Positions 17,961 through 27,421 of a stretch of DNA of 64,000 bases are shown piece after piece. Every line of letters starts with the position of its first letter. Position 1 is the first letter of the stretch. The stretch is taken from NCBI GenBank assembly GCA_963798845.1, contig CAWCUS010000006.1, positions 416,001 to 480,000 of the forward strand, in the 5' to 3' direction. Made by a program: the position numbers and the translations under genes. The notes under the pieces are model-generated. The model ran no database searches. It was not told the origin of the DNA and saw only the letters and a program-made list of their open reading frames with translations. This DNA is from an uncultured Gemmatimonadales bacterium. GTDB lineage: Bacteria > Gemmatimonadota > Gemmatimonadetes > Longimicrobiales > RSA9.

Positions 17961-19613
17961 TCAGCGCGGCCTGAGCAAATCCACCTCGCGCTTGATGCGC
18001 TGGTCCAGGGTCGACAGCGAGCGGGTCACCTCGTCCGCCACCAGCCCCTTCACGCCGGTGGTGGCCGCCTCCACCCTCGCTGCCACGGTGGCGTCGAGGT
18101 CCGACCGGACGCCGGCCAGCTCCGTCTCCACGATGCCGCTCACGTCGTTGCGCAGGCGGGTGCTCGCGAGGGAGACCTCGGTGGCCACATTCTGCCGGAT
18201 GGTGGCGTTGAGCCGCGTCTCCAGGTCCCTGGCCATCGCGTCGAGGTCGCCCTTCAGCTGTGTCCGCAGGTCGGACCGGAGCCCCGACAGCTGTTCATCG
18301 ATCCGCTGGCCGATGCTCGCGTCCAGCGAGCCGAGCCGCTGCGTCAGATCCGCCCGGAGCTGCGCATCGGAGGCCGCGAAGTCGCGACGCACGGCGGCCA
18401 GGGCGGTGGCGTTGTCCTTCACCCCGGCGGCGTTTGCCGCCATGGAGCCCTCGGCCGCGGCGACCCGCTCCTCGGTCCTGCCCACGCGGTCGGAGAGCGC
18501 GGCCGTGGCCGTGCCCACCCGTTCCGCCACCATCCCGTCCACGTCCGACCTGATCGTGTCCTGCAGCCCGCTCAGCTTCGAGTCCACCTGCGACGACAGC
18601 CCCTCGAGGCTCGAAGCGCGCTCCGCGGCCAGCGACGACCGCAGCTCGCCCAATGCGCTGTCCAGCGCCGAAGCCCGCTCGCTCCGGGCTGCCGTTAGGA
18701 TGTCGTCCTTGAGATCCGCGGTGGCCGGCTCGATCCGGCTGTCGATGAGCGCGTCCAGGCCGGCGATCTTCTCGTCCACCCGGGCGGTCAGATCCTGGCG
18801 CAGCGAGGCCAGGCTGTCGTCGAGAGTGGTGCGGGCGAGGGCCCGGACTTCCTCCAGGACGGCGTCGTGCAGGTCCGTGGTCACGCCGGTCCGCACCGAG
18901 CTCAGCGCATCGTTCAGCTCGGCTTCCGTCACGAGGCTGGTCCGGAGCTCCTCCATGCGGCGCTCGTACTCGGCGGCGTTCAGCAGCTCGCCGTTCGGCG
19001 TGGTCAGCGACTCCCGCACCGATTCCAGGTCCTTGATCCGGCTCGCCAGCACGCCGAAATCGATGGGCGCGCCGGAATCGTCCTGGACCCGGCGGCTCAG
19101 CTCGACTGCCGTTTTCACCTGGTCCTCGACCGTGCGGAGCGTGGTTCGGAGGCTGGCGACGTCGTCGCGGGCGTCGAACGCGCCGTCGAGCCGCCGCGAG
19201 AAGCGGGTCAGGTCCGCCTCCCTGGTGATGTCGCGGGTCTCCACGGACTTGATGTCGCCCTGGAGCCCGTCGAGCCGCTGGGTCAGCGCTTCCAGCCGGT
19301 CGGCGACCCGGCCGATCTCCCGCCCCTGCCGCCCCAGCTCGCCTTCCGCGGCCGGATCGCTGAGCCCGCCCTCGGTCACCAGCGCCCGCAGCCTGGGCGT
19401 CAGCCAGCCCACGTCCACCTGGTCCGCGTGCTCGTGGACCGGCAACGCCTTCGACGTGTCCTCGCCCAGCGTGATCCGCGCAAGCTCGAGGAGCGCCGCC
19501 GTGAGCTGGTTCCAGTCGCCCGCTTCGATGAGCTCGCCTTTCCGCTTCTCCGACAGCGGCTTGAGGCGCGCCACCAGGTTCTCGAGCCGGGCCAGGTCCG
19601 CTACCGTTGGCAT
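17961..19613 (-). CDS. Coiled-coil tail-fibre-like protein
   Basis: GELIEAGDWNQL and HEH motifs followed by a long heptad-rich region. Confidence 0.6.
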   Translation of the reverse strand: MPTVADLARLENLVARLKPLSEKRKGELIEAGDWNQLTAALLELARITLGEDTSKALPVHEHADQVDVGWLTPRLRALVTEGGLSDPAAEGELGRQGREIGRVADRLEALTQRLDGLQGDIKSVETRDITREADLTRFSRRLDGAFDARDDVASLRTTLRTVEDQVKTAVELSRRVQDDSGAPIDFGVLASRIKDLESVRESLTTPNGELLNAAEYERRMEELRTSLVTEAELNDALSSVRTGVTTDLHDAVLEEVRALARTTLDDSLASLRQDLTARVDEKIAGLDALIDSRIEPATADLKDDILTAARSERASALDSALGELRSSLAAERASSLEGLSSQVDSKLSGLQDTIRSDVDGMVAERVGTATAALSDRVGRTEERVAAAEGSMAANAAGVKDNATALAAVRRDFAASDAQLRADLTQRLGSLDASIGQRIDEQLSGLRSDLRTQLKGDLDAMARDLETRLNATIRQNVATEVSLASTRLRNDVSGIVETELAGVRSDLDATVAARVEAATTGVKGLVADEVTRSLSTLDQRIKREVDLLRPR

Positions 19614-19637
19614 GTCGCGTCGCTCCTCCCCGCCGGG

Positions 19638-20594
19638 TCAGCCACCGAAGAAGTTGAATTTCGAGCCGCCGAGCATGGCGCCCGTCCGCTGGTACGTCCC
19701 CAGCTCCTCCTCCGCCGAAGTCTGGCCGCCCGCCTGCGAGAACTGGGTGGCGGTGCCCAGAACTGCCTTCACGGCCGGCCCGGCGAGGAAGGTGTCTGCG
19801 TTGTCGCCCTGAGCGACCGCCAGGTCGTTCACCTCGCGGAGCAGGACGTTGCCGGTCGCGGCCAGCTTGGACGAGAAGACGTTGGTGGGTTGCTGGATCG
19901 ACTGCTCCAGGTCGGTGACCCTGCGCAGCACCCGGTCCCGTACCGCGGTGGCCGCGCCCGCCTGGTCCAGAACGTCGGTGATGTTCTTGCGCAGGTTCTG
20001 GCTCTCGACGTCCCGCCGCAGCTCGAGCAGGCTCTTGCCGAACGCTTCGGAGAAGCGCCGTATGTTGCCCTGTACCTCCGCGATCTTCTCGGCGATCTCC
20101 GGATGGTCGTGCCCCACGGGCGAGACCAGCCTCGTCAGCTGCAGGACCGCTCCAGCGAGGTCCGCCACCGCGCCCGCCAGCTGGTTCCAGTCCGACGCGC
20201 GGATCACCTCGCCCTGCGCTTTCGTGGCCAGGGGAGCCGCCGCGTCCCGGGCACTGGCGGCCGTCTGTTGGACGGGGCCCAGGTCCGCATCGGGGATGTC
20301 CCGGATGGGGGTGTCGCGGAACAGGTCCGGGCGCACGGTCACGGGAACGCGCGTGGGGAACGGCTGGGGAAAGAGCCGGATCAGGCGCTTGTCGATGGGC
20401 TGGACCAGGTTGGGGTGCGCCACCGTCATCTCGTATGGCCCCGGCTCCAGGTCCCGGAGCAGGAGCTGCCCGTCCAGGAACGGCTTCCGCGTCAGGGTGG
20501 CGCCCGTAGCCTGGTTGACGAGGGTGATCTCCGCATCGCGGTTGGCGGCGGGGAACCCCTGCAGGCGGATGTCGAAGGCAGCCTTCTGCACCAT
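19638..20594 (-). CDS. Carboxypeptidase-regulatory-like (Ig) domain plus coiled-coil fibre-like protein
   Basis: N-terminal DGQLLLRDLEPGPYEMTVAHP, then GEVIRASDWNQL...HDH and helical C-terminus. Confidence 0.6.
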   Translation of the reverse strand: MVQKAAFDIRLQGFPAANRDAEITLVNQATGATLTRKPFLDGQLLLRDLEPGPYEMTVAHPNLVQPIDKRLIRLFPQPFPTRVPVTVRPDLFRDTPIRDIPDADLGPVQQTAASARDAAAPLATKAQGEVIRASDWNQLAGAVADLAGAVLQLTRLVSPVGHDHPEIAEKIAEVQGNIRRFSEAFGKSLLELRRDVESQNLRKNITDVLDQAGAATAVRDRVLRRVTDLEQSIQQPTNVFSSKLAATGNVLLREVNDLAVAQGDNADTFLAGPAVKAVLGTATQFSQAGGQTSAEEELGTYQRTGAMLGGSKFNFFGG

Positions 20595-20607
20595 GGTCAG
20601 ATCCTCC

Positions 20608-21120
20608 TCAGGAAGCCCAGTTGAGGTCGCCGAACGGGAAGTCGACCTCCCAGAACAGCGTCAGCTCGTGGTCGTCTCCCTTGTCGATGGGAGCGAAGAT
20701 GACCCGGTTGTAGAGGCGATCGACCGGGCCCCCGTCCCCTTCCGTCCGCTGGACCAGGCCGGCCTCGCGGACCCTGCCCACCGCCGCGTCCGCCGGCAGC
20801 GTGGCCCGCAGGCGAACGGTGACCAGGCGCCGCGTCTCGTCCACGTCGAATCGGATCGAGCCCGGCGCCACCGGCGTGGTGGTGGCGCCAGTGAGCGCCG
20901 GGCTCTCGCCCACTGCCTCGTTGCGCAGCGCTTCCACACCCACATCCTCCGGCGCGGCGTCGCTCGTTCCCACGCCCATGTGCGTGATGGGTTCGCCCTG
21001 CCCGGCGAACAGCTCGGCGATGATCGTCGCCCCACCCCGCATCACGGTGTTCTTCGCCCGTCGCACCGCCACCAGCTGGCCGGCAGGTCCTCTCAGCTCG
21101 GCACGCAAACGCCCGCGCAT
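20608..21120 (-). CDS. Phage tail-collar/fibre-attachment-like protein
   Basis: NTV..G..II, ITHMGVGTSD, REAGL, LYNRVIF..IDK...ELTLFWEVDF pattern typical of tail-fibre N-terminal anchoring domains. Confidence 0.6.
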   Translation of the reverse strand: MRGRLRAELRGPAGQLVAVRRAKNTVMRGGATIIAELFAGQGEPITHMGVGTSDAAPEDVGVEALRNEAVGESPALTGATTTPVAPGSIRFDVDETRRLVTVRLRATLPADAAVGRVREAGLVQRTEGDGGPVDRLYNRVIFAPIDKGDDHELTLFWEVDFPFGDLNWAS

Positions 21121-21131
21121 GCGATCGCCTC

Positions 21132-22418
21132 CTATCCGAATGTCGATCCGCCCAGGTCCGTGACTCCGAACCGGCCGTCAGCGTCGGGCAGCCGGTCCCC
21201 TCCGGTCGGGCCCCGCTCCCGGACGGTCATGGGTATCACCGCCGCCAACCGGTCCAGCCCCGGCTGCGTCTCCCGCCGCGGCCGCAGGTCGACTTCCGAG
21301 TCGATACCCGCCGCGGTCAGCCCCTCCAGCGCCGACTCCAGCGCCGTCGCCAGCTCCTCCCTCGCCTCCAGCGCCGCGTCCAGCCCGTCCGGCCGGCTGA
21401 CCATCAGCCCTGCCGGCAGGCTCAGCCGAACCGTGGCCGGCCTCGCCTCACGCCACGCCACCTGGAGGGTGGACGCGGCCGACTGAGCGAAGAGCGCGTG
21501 ATCGAACCGCGAGACGTTCCAGACGCCCTGCTCCAGCGCCAGGTCCGCGAGCGCCAGCAGCACGCGGTCGAGGCCGGGCACGTCGTAGTGGGCCAGCGGC
21601 ATGTACCAGAGCTCGTTCGGCCCCCGGTCCAGCATCAGCGGCAGGGGCGGGCCCTCGTCGGCGATGATGGTCTCGGCGTGCCCCGGCACGAAGCCGGCGA
21701 TGAGCCGCAGCCGATCGGTCACGTCCTCGCCTTCGAGCCGGCCCCGGACGACGAAGCCGGTTTCGGCGGCCACAGCCTCGATCCACAGCCGCTTGCCCCG
21801 CGGCACCGTGCCCAGGAACACCACCGCCCGGCCGGTGGCCAGGTTGGCGATGAGCGGCGCGTAGTCGGGACCCGCCTCGCCCAGCCCGGTGATCACCAGG
21901 TCGAGCGGCGTGGGATCGAGGCCGCGGTTGTCCAGGGTGAATCGGTCGAGCGGCAGGAGCGCGCCGCTGGGCGCCGCCTCGTAGCGGAGCCGGACCGGGT
22001 TCTCCACCAGCGCCACCTGCGCGTCATCGGCGTCCGTCGCCAGCGTTCGGGCGGGCGGGGTGATGCGGACGTCGTACGCCCGCTGGAACCCTTCCAGGTA
22101 GCGGTTGACGAAGATCTCGATGGCCTCCCGGGTCACCGAGCCGGCCCGGAGCTGGGCATCCCGCAGCCCGTGGACCCAGGCGCGGTAGTCGCTCAGCCGC
22201 TCCTGCCAGGGCTCCAGCGGGATGTCGAGCACGGCCGCCAGCTTCGCAGCGTCCTCCAGCGCGTAGGCCAGGTCGAAGTGGTGGGTCCGCCGCACCAGGT
22301 TGGCGCCCTCGTCCAGCGCCTGGACCTGTACCGCCAGCACGTCCACCAGGCGACGCAGCTCCGCGCCCTCCCGGTAGAGGTACGGCAGCCGCTGGATGAT
22401 GGCGTCCGCGCGCGTCAC
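21132..22418 (-). CDS. Baseplate wedge protein (P2 gpI/gp7-like)
   Basis: RLPYLYR...LAAVLDI...YRAWV...GSVTREAI N-terminus; follows baseplate J. Confidence 0.6.
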   Translation of the reverse strand: MTRADAIIQRLPYLYREGAELRRLVDVLAVQVQALDEGANLVRRTHHFDLAYALEDAAKLAAVLDIPLEPWQERLSDYRAWVHGLRDAQLRAGSVTREAIEIFVNRYLEGFQRAYDVRITPPARTLATDADDAQVALVENPVRLRYEAAPSGALLPLDRFTLDNRGLDPTPLDLVITGLGEAGPDYAPLIANLATGRAVVFLGTVPRGKRLWIEAVAAETGFVVRGRLEGEDVTDRLRLIAGFVPGHAETIIADEGPPLPLMLDRGPNELWYMPLAHYDVPGLDRVLLALADLALEQGVWNVSRFDHALFAQSAASTLQVAWREARPATVRLSLPAGLMVSRPDGLDAALEAREELATALESALEGLTAAGIDSEVDLRPRRETQPGLDRLAAVIPMTVRERGPTGGDRLPDADGRFGVTDLGGSTFG

Positions 22419-24127
22419 GTCGCCCCCTCGCGGATGTCCAGCGCCAGCGTCCGGAGCCGCAGCGTCTGCCCGGGATCGGGGGCGAAGACGCCGAGGCCGT
22501 CCGTAAGCTGCGCGAACCGACCGCCGGCCTCCACACTGGCCACCGCCTCTTCCCGCACGAGCCCGTACCGGCTCTCGTCCCGGATGTTCGCGGCAAGGCC
22601 GTCCACATCCAGCGGAGCCGTCGGCGAGCGGGTGGCCAGGTGTGCTTCCACGGCCAGCCGAATCGCCGACTCGGCGTCCGCCCGCGTCACCCCGGGCTCC
22701 AGCATCAGGGGAAGCGTCAGGTCCACATCCGCCGAGCCGGCCGTCGCGGCCGCCGGGAGGGTGATGGTGAACGGCCGCACCAGCTCCGCCGCCACGCCGT
22801 CGCCGAGCTGGAGCTTGTCCACTGGCGCGCCGCCTTCCGCCGCCAGCGTCACCTGCGCATCAGCGACGCGGGCGTCCGCCAGCGCGGCGGCCACCAGCGG
22901 GGCGTTTCGGATCAGACCGCCGGGCGCCACGGCCTCGACCACCGACGCGATCCGGTCCTCGATCCCGCCCGTGATCTCCGCGCGCTCCGCCGCGTCTGCC
23001 GCGTCGTCGGTCAGCTCCGCGGCCACCGTGACGGCCACGCGGAGCCGTGCCGCGTCGCCGAGCAGGACCCGGATCCCCGCCGGCCGCAGCAGGTCCACAC
23101 GGTTCCGCACCGCTGTCCGTGTGTCCTCGCTGTCACGCTCGTAGATCACGTCCACCCGGACTTCCCCCGCCACACCGTTCGGGAACTCCGACACCGCCAC
23201 GTCCTTCACACCGTCCACGCCCCGCAGCCCGTACTGGAGCGCCTCCAGCGTGCCGCGTGCCGTGGCCCGGAGCGCGGACCGGGCCCGCCGGCGGAGCGCC
23301 TCGTCCGTCTCGGCCTGCGCCGCGGCGACCGCGGCCTCGTTCCTCACAGCGCCGATCCCGGCGATCAGGACCTCCAGTCGGTCCAGGGCTCCGGCGCTCA
23401 CGGTGTCCGTCCTGGCGTCGGCCGCCGCGGCAAGGACGTCCCGGGCCTGCTCTCCCGGCTCCAGCGTCAGTGGAACGGTGGTGGCATAGCGGTTCTCGCC
23501 CGGCGCATCTGTGACCACCACGCCGGCCGGCACGGTGATCCGGCCCATGGAGCCGGGCGTGCGGGTGAAGCGGACGCGGGCGGTGGCGATGCCGGCAGGG
23601 AAGCGCTTGACGCCCACGAGCGCCACGACCCTGTCCAGGTCCTTCCCCTCGGCCGTCTCGATGAACGCGGAGCGGTAGACCTGGTCCAGGAGCTGCTCCT
23701 CATAGGCCAGCTCGGCGGAGACCGACTCGAGGAGGGTCCGGATCACCGAGCCGACGTTGAGGTCGCTCAGCGGCTCGGGCGGGATGTCGAACGGATAATA
23801 GTTGACGATGAGCTCGGAGCCGGGGACCGGGTGCCGGCCCTGGGGCCGGAACAAGACCCTGTCCGGCTCTTCGCTCCCGTCCGATGCCACGAGCTCGTAG
23901 TCGGCGGGAGTGAAGCGGTAGTCGAGCTCGCCGGTCTCCGGGTCGTCGCTGATCCGGACCCGTCCCTGCATGTGGGAGATCCGCCGGATGGGGCGGTGGG
24001 CCAGCCGGGTCAGCTCGATCGGGCCGTCGCCCGCCGGCACCACCACACGCTCGCGGATCGTTCCGCCTGTCAGCGTGGTCAGGACGTCCCGAACGATGTC
24101 CGCGAATGGCCGCGGCTCGAAGCTCAT
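22415..24127 (-). CDS. Baseplate J/gp47-family protein
   Basis: LSDLNVGSVIRTLLE, FIETAEGKDLDRVVALVGVKR, ETDEALRRRA...ARGTLEAL, RPAGIRV. Confidence 0.9.
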   Translation of the reverse strand: MSFEPRPFADIVRDVLTTLTGGTIRERVVVPAGDGPIELTRLAHRPIRRISHMQGRVRISDDPETGELDYRFTPADYELVASDGSEEPDRVLFRPQGRHPVPGSELIVNYYPFDIPPEPLSDLNVGSVIRTLLESVSAELAYEEQLLDQVYRSAFIETAEGKDLDRVVALVGVKRFPAGIATARVRFTRTPGSMGRITVPAGVVVTDAPGENRYATTVPLTLEPGEQARDVLAAAADARTDTVSAGALDRLEVLIAGIGAVRNEAAVAAAQAETDEALRRRARSALRATARGTLEALQYGLRGVDGVKDVAVSEFPNGVAGEVRVDVIYERDSEDTRTAVRNRVDLLRPAGIRVLLGDAARLRVAVTVAAELTDDAADAAERAEITGGIEDRIASVVEAVAPGGLIRNAPLVAAALADARVADAQVTLAAEGGAPVDKLQLGDGVAAELVRPFTITLPAAATAGSADVDLTLPLMLEPGVTRADAESAIRLAVEAHLATRSPTAPLDVDGLAANIRDESRYGLVREEAVASVEAGGRFAQLTDGLGVFAPDPGQTLRLRTLALDIREGAT

Positions 24128-24579
24128 AGCGCCACTCCCAGATCGAGCTGGAGGTCGCCGGACCCGTCGCGGGGCCGGACGGTGAGGGTGAAGCGCAGCT
24201 CCGAAGGACCCTCGCTCGCGGGATCGAACGTGAACGCCACGGCCTTGTTCTCGACCCGTGGCTCGCGGGCGACGGCGTCCAGCACGAACCCCTTCGCCAG
24301 CGCCCGCACCGCGTCCGTCTTCCGGCGCCCGATGAGCTCGCCCAGGCGGCTCCCGTACTCGGCGTGGCCGAGCGCGGCGAGCGATCCGCGGGGAGCGAGG
24401 ATGCGGAGGATGAGCGCCTGGGCGAGGTTCGCACGGTCGGCGACCACCTTCAGGTCCAGCGTGCCGCCTGGGCGAGGCGCCTCCACGCGCTGAAGGTCGA
24501 GGCCGCCCTCGTCCCGGGCGGACAGGCCGGGGGGGCCCAGCACCACTCGCAGGTCGGTGCCCAGCAGCGACCGGGTCAT
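24124..24579 (-). CDS. Baseplate gp25/gpW-like protein
   Basis: NLAQALILRI..PRGSL..LGH.EYGSRL..LIG...EPRV. Confidence 0.8.
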   Translation of the reverse strand: MTRSLLGTDLRVVLGPPGLSARDEGGLDLQRVEAPRPGGTLDLKVVADRANLAQALILRILAPRGSLAALGHAEYGSRLGELIGRRKTDAVRALAKGFVLDAVAREPRVENKAVAFTFDPASEGPSELRFTLTVRPRDGSGDLQLDLGVAL

Positions 24580-24643
24580 GGCGATCTCCTCACGGGCACC
24601 TCGTCGAGGCGGCTCTTCGCTGCGATCTCCGGCATTGCGCTCC

Positions 24644-25045
24644 TCACCCGGTCAGGACTGTCGGCGCACCCGTGACCAGCGTGCCCACGGGGAGCGGCGC
24701 GGGGAAGTTGCAGGTGCGGACGGTGTCGCTCTGTCTCGCCAGCCCCTTCCCCGCCGCGGTCACGGTGACGCTCGCCATGAAAACGGTGCCCTGATCGTCC
24801 GGAGGGGTCTGGAACGACACGCCCGGCGGCGTGGGGATGTGCGGCGGGTTGTTGAAGGCGACCGAGTCCAGCGTCGCCGCCGGCTGGCCGGCCACCCGCA
24901 CCGTGGCAGCCGTGGCGCTCTGGACCGCGCCCACGAACGCGTGCGGGAGCGGAACGGGCATCGGGCCGCCCGGCGTGGGGACCAGCACCATGTGCGTGTC
25001 CGTGGCCACCACCTGGCTGTTCTGCTGTGCGGTCGGTAGCCCCAT
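24644..25045 (-). CDS. PAAR-domain spike tip protein
   Basis: DTHMV..P.P..P.PHAF, TVRVAGQPAA, VTAAGKGLARQSD..TC, GAPTVLTG. Confidence 0.85.
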   Translation of the reverse strand: MGLPTAQQNSQVVATDTHMVLVPTPGGPMPVPLPHAFVGAVQSATAATVRVAGQPAATLDSVAFNNPPHIPTPPGVSFQTPPDDQGTVFMASVTVTAAGKGLARQSDTVRTCNFPAPLPVGTLVTGAPTVLTG

Positions 25046-25698
25046 CAGTTCAGCTCCACCGTCGCCCCGTTGATCTTCACGCCCGCCGACCCCTCGATCT
25101 CCACCTGCGCCGCTTTGAGCGTCAGCTTCGACGACGCCTCCACGGCGATGTCGCCGTTCGCCCCGATGGTGAGCGTGTTCCCACCGACATCCACCTTCAG
25201 CTCCGCGGCCCCGCCCGCGTCGAGCGTGAGGCTGGCGTCGCCGACCTTCACCCGGGCGCTGCTGGCGGTCACCTTGATCTCGGTGTCCGATCCGAAGCTC
25301 ACCGTCAGCTCGGGGACCCCCGGATCGAGGACCATGTGGACCGAGCCGGTCCCGGGCGGCAGCTCCAGCACCACCTGCCCTTCCTCGTGGCTCGGCGGCG
25401 GCACATCCGTGTCATGGAGCCGGCCCACCACCACCGGGGCGTGGACGTCACCTTCCGCGAACGCCACCACGACCAGGTCGCCTACCAATGGGGAAGCCAC
25501 CACGCCGATCGCACCCACGGCCACCGGAACCCGCGGCAGGACCTGCTCCCAGTCCCGGAGCTGCACGGTGACCGCGTGGTCCGCACCGCCCGCCGCGCTC
25601 CGGTGCACCTCCTTCACCACACCCAGCGCCACCGTGGCCCTCGCCGCGGCTTCGTGGCGTGCGATCCGCGCGACTGCGTCGAACAGCTGATTGCTCAC
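25045..25698 (-). CDS. Baseplate spike protein (gpV/gp5 OB-fold plus beta-helix)
   Basis: GTG at 25698 (GTGA overlap); PRVPVA...PLVGDLVVVAFAEGDVHAPVVVGRLH, beta-strand repeats ending INGATVELN. Confidence 0.85.
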   Translation of the reverse strand: MSNQLFDAVARIARHEAAARATVALGVVKEVHRSAAGGADHAVTVQLRDWEQVLPRVPVAVGAIGVVASPLVGDLVVVAFAEGDVHAPVVVGRLHDTDVPPPSHEEGQVVLELPPGTGSVHMVLDPGVPELTVSFGSDTEIKVTASSARVKVGDASLTLDAGGAAELKVDVGGNTLTIGANGDIAVEASSKLTLKAAQVEIEGSAGVKINGATVELN

Positions 25699-26753
25699 GA
25701 CAGCCCTCCCGGCGCCCCACCGATGGCGCCGCCCACGGCCGCGCCCAGGGCTCCGCCGATCGCGCCGGCCAGGCCGCCCGCGCCGCCGCCGCCGTCCACG
25801 CCCTCCAGGCGCGTGTAGCCGCCCGCGCGATCGAGCTGGTGCGACACGGCGGTGAGCAGCCACGGCCCGCCTGCGAAGCCCCGGGGAAGGTCCTGGATCT
25901 CGATCAGCATCCCGGGCCGGAGCTGCGGCTGGAGCCAGCAGACGGCCAACAGCCGGCGGACGCGGGCGCTGCGCCGGGCCTGGAGCTCGCGGCCCGCCGC
26001 CTGTCGGGACGCGGGCGTCCGCAGCGCCGGGATGGGCCGCCAGACCATATCGACCGCCGCCGAGCGCGCATCGCCCGACAGGGCACCGGCCGCCGGCTGG
26101 AGCGCGCGCGGGTCTCCGGCCGTTGCGGCCGCGCCGGCCCCGACCACTGCGACATCCGGGTCCGGCCGCTCCACGCTGACCCTGAGGTCCACCAGCTCGC
26201 GGCCGTAGCGGAGCGCGGCGTCGGCCGTGCCGGCAGGCCGCAGGAACGCGTTCACGCGTCCGTCCCCGTCGACCACCGCCAGTCCGCCCCCGATCTCCGC
26301 CAGCGCCGCCACGTGCTCGGCGGCCGTGCGCTGCTGGGTCGCCGCGTAGTAAGGGAGCGGCTCCGGGCTGAGCGTGACCCGCCCGACGGTGGCGGCGACA
26401 TCCCCGGCGAGGGCGCGGATGGCGTCGCCCGGAGGTTGCGACTGGAGCGTGCTCGCCGGCCGCCCCCGGGCCATGAGGGCCGCGCCGTCCACGGCGGTGA
26501 TCCCGGTCCCCGTGAACGCGCGGCTGATCGACTGCACGGTCCCGGTCAGCACCGTCGCCTCCGTCTCGCCGTTCCCCAGCGTCACGACCGCCGGGTCACC
26601 CGGGGAGGCATCGACGCGGACCGCGGCGGGGAGGAGGCAGCGGATGGCGTTGGTCCCTGGAAGCAGCACGAGGTCGGCGGACACGGCGACGGCGTGGGAG
26701 TCGTAGCGCAGGTTGCCGAACCGGACCACTGCCGATTGCCGGAGCACGGTCAC
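25695..26753 (-). CDS. Baseplate hub protein (gpD/gp27-like, VgrG N-terminal equivalent)
   Basis: VLTGTVQSI, LRYGREL, PQLRPGMLIEI...GPWLLTAVSHQLD...GYTRLEG. Confidence 0.75.
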   Translation of the reverse strand: MTVLRQSAVVRFGNLRYDSHAVAVSADLVLLPGTNAIRCLLPAAVRVDASPGDPAVVTLGNGETEATVLTGTVQSISRAFTGTGITAVDGAALMARGRPASTLQSQPPGDAIRALAGDVAATVGRVTLSPEPLPYYAATQQRTAAEHVAALAEIGGGLAVVDGDGRVNAFLRPAGTADAALRYGRELVDLRVSVERPDPDVAVVGAGAAATAGDPRALQPAAGALSGDARSAAVDMVWRPIPALRTPASRQAAGRELQARRSARVRRLLAVCWLQPQLRPGMLIEIQDLPRGFAGGPWLLTAVSHQLDRAGGYTRLEGVDGGGGAGGLAGAIGGALGAAVGGAIGGAPGGLS

Positions 26754-27421
26754 GAGAACAGCCCTCCCAACGTCCGGACGGCATCGCCGAACTTCCCGCC
26801 CGCGTCGGTGATGGCGTTCACGCTGTCCTCCAGCGGCTGGAGCATCCCGCCGACATTGCCGAGATCTCCCAGTCCGGAGAGCGCGTCCAGCGCGCCCACC
26901 ACGTCCAGCGCGTCGCCCACCGCGCCGGCGACGTCTCCCGCCAGGTCGGCAAGGTCGCCCATGATATCGGTGTCGAAGCCCAGGTCGCCGAGCCCGAAGT
27001 CGTCCAGGCCGCCGAAGCCGCTCACCTCGGCCGGCGGCGGGAGCGGCGGGCTTTCGGTCAGCGTGATCGCGTAGGCGGTCTCGCGCGGCCGCCCCGCAAC
27101 CGCCTCCGCGCGGAAGCCGCTGATCACCACCTCCTGGAGCTCGAGCGCGGTGACGATGTCCGCGGCGAAGGTCAGCGGCGTGCCCTCGGCCGCAGCCTGC
27201 TGGAGCGTCGCCAGGTCATCGGCTACGCTGTCACCGTGGAGCAGCCCGGTGATCCGGATCAGGTGCGAGCCCCGCCCCACCTGCTGCTGCGCCTCGCCCG
27301 CCAGCCCCACGACCGGAACGCCGCGGAAGCCCGTCTCCAGGTCGTGCGCCAACGACTGGACGGCCGTGAGCGCGATGTCGCCCAGGAGCGGGATCGACGG
27401 GGCACCCGCAGGCTCGGTCAC
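26750..27421 (-). CDS. Tube-initiator / DNA-circularisation N-terminal-like protein
   Basis: VPVVGLAGEAQQQVGR..HLIRITG, GTPLTF, VVIS.F.AE..AGRP...Y.ITL.E; position between tube and hub. Confidence 0.55.
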   Translation of the reverse strand: MTEPAGAPSIPLLGDIALTAVQSLAHDLETGFRGVPVVGLAGEAQQQVGRGSHLIRITGLLHGDSVADDLATLQQAAAEGTPLTFAADIVTALELQEVVISGFRAEAVAGRPRETAYAITLTESPPLPPPAEVSGFGGLDDFGLGDLGFDTDIMGDLADLAGDVAGAVGDALDVVGALDALSGLGDLGNVGGMLQPLEDSVNAITDAGGKFGDAVRTLGGLFS

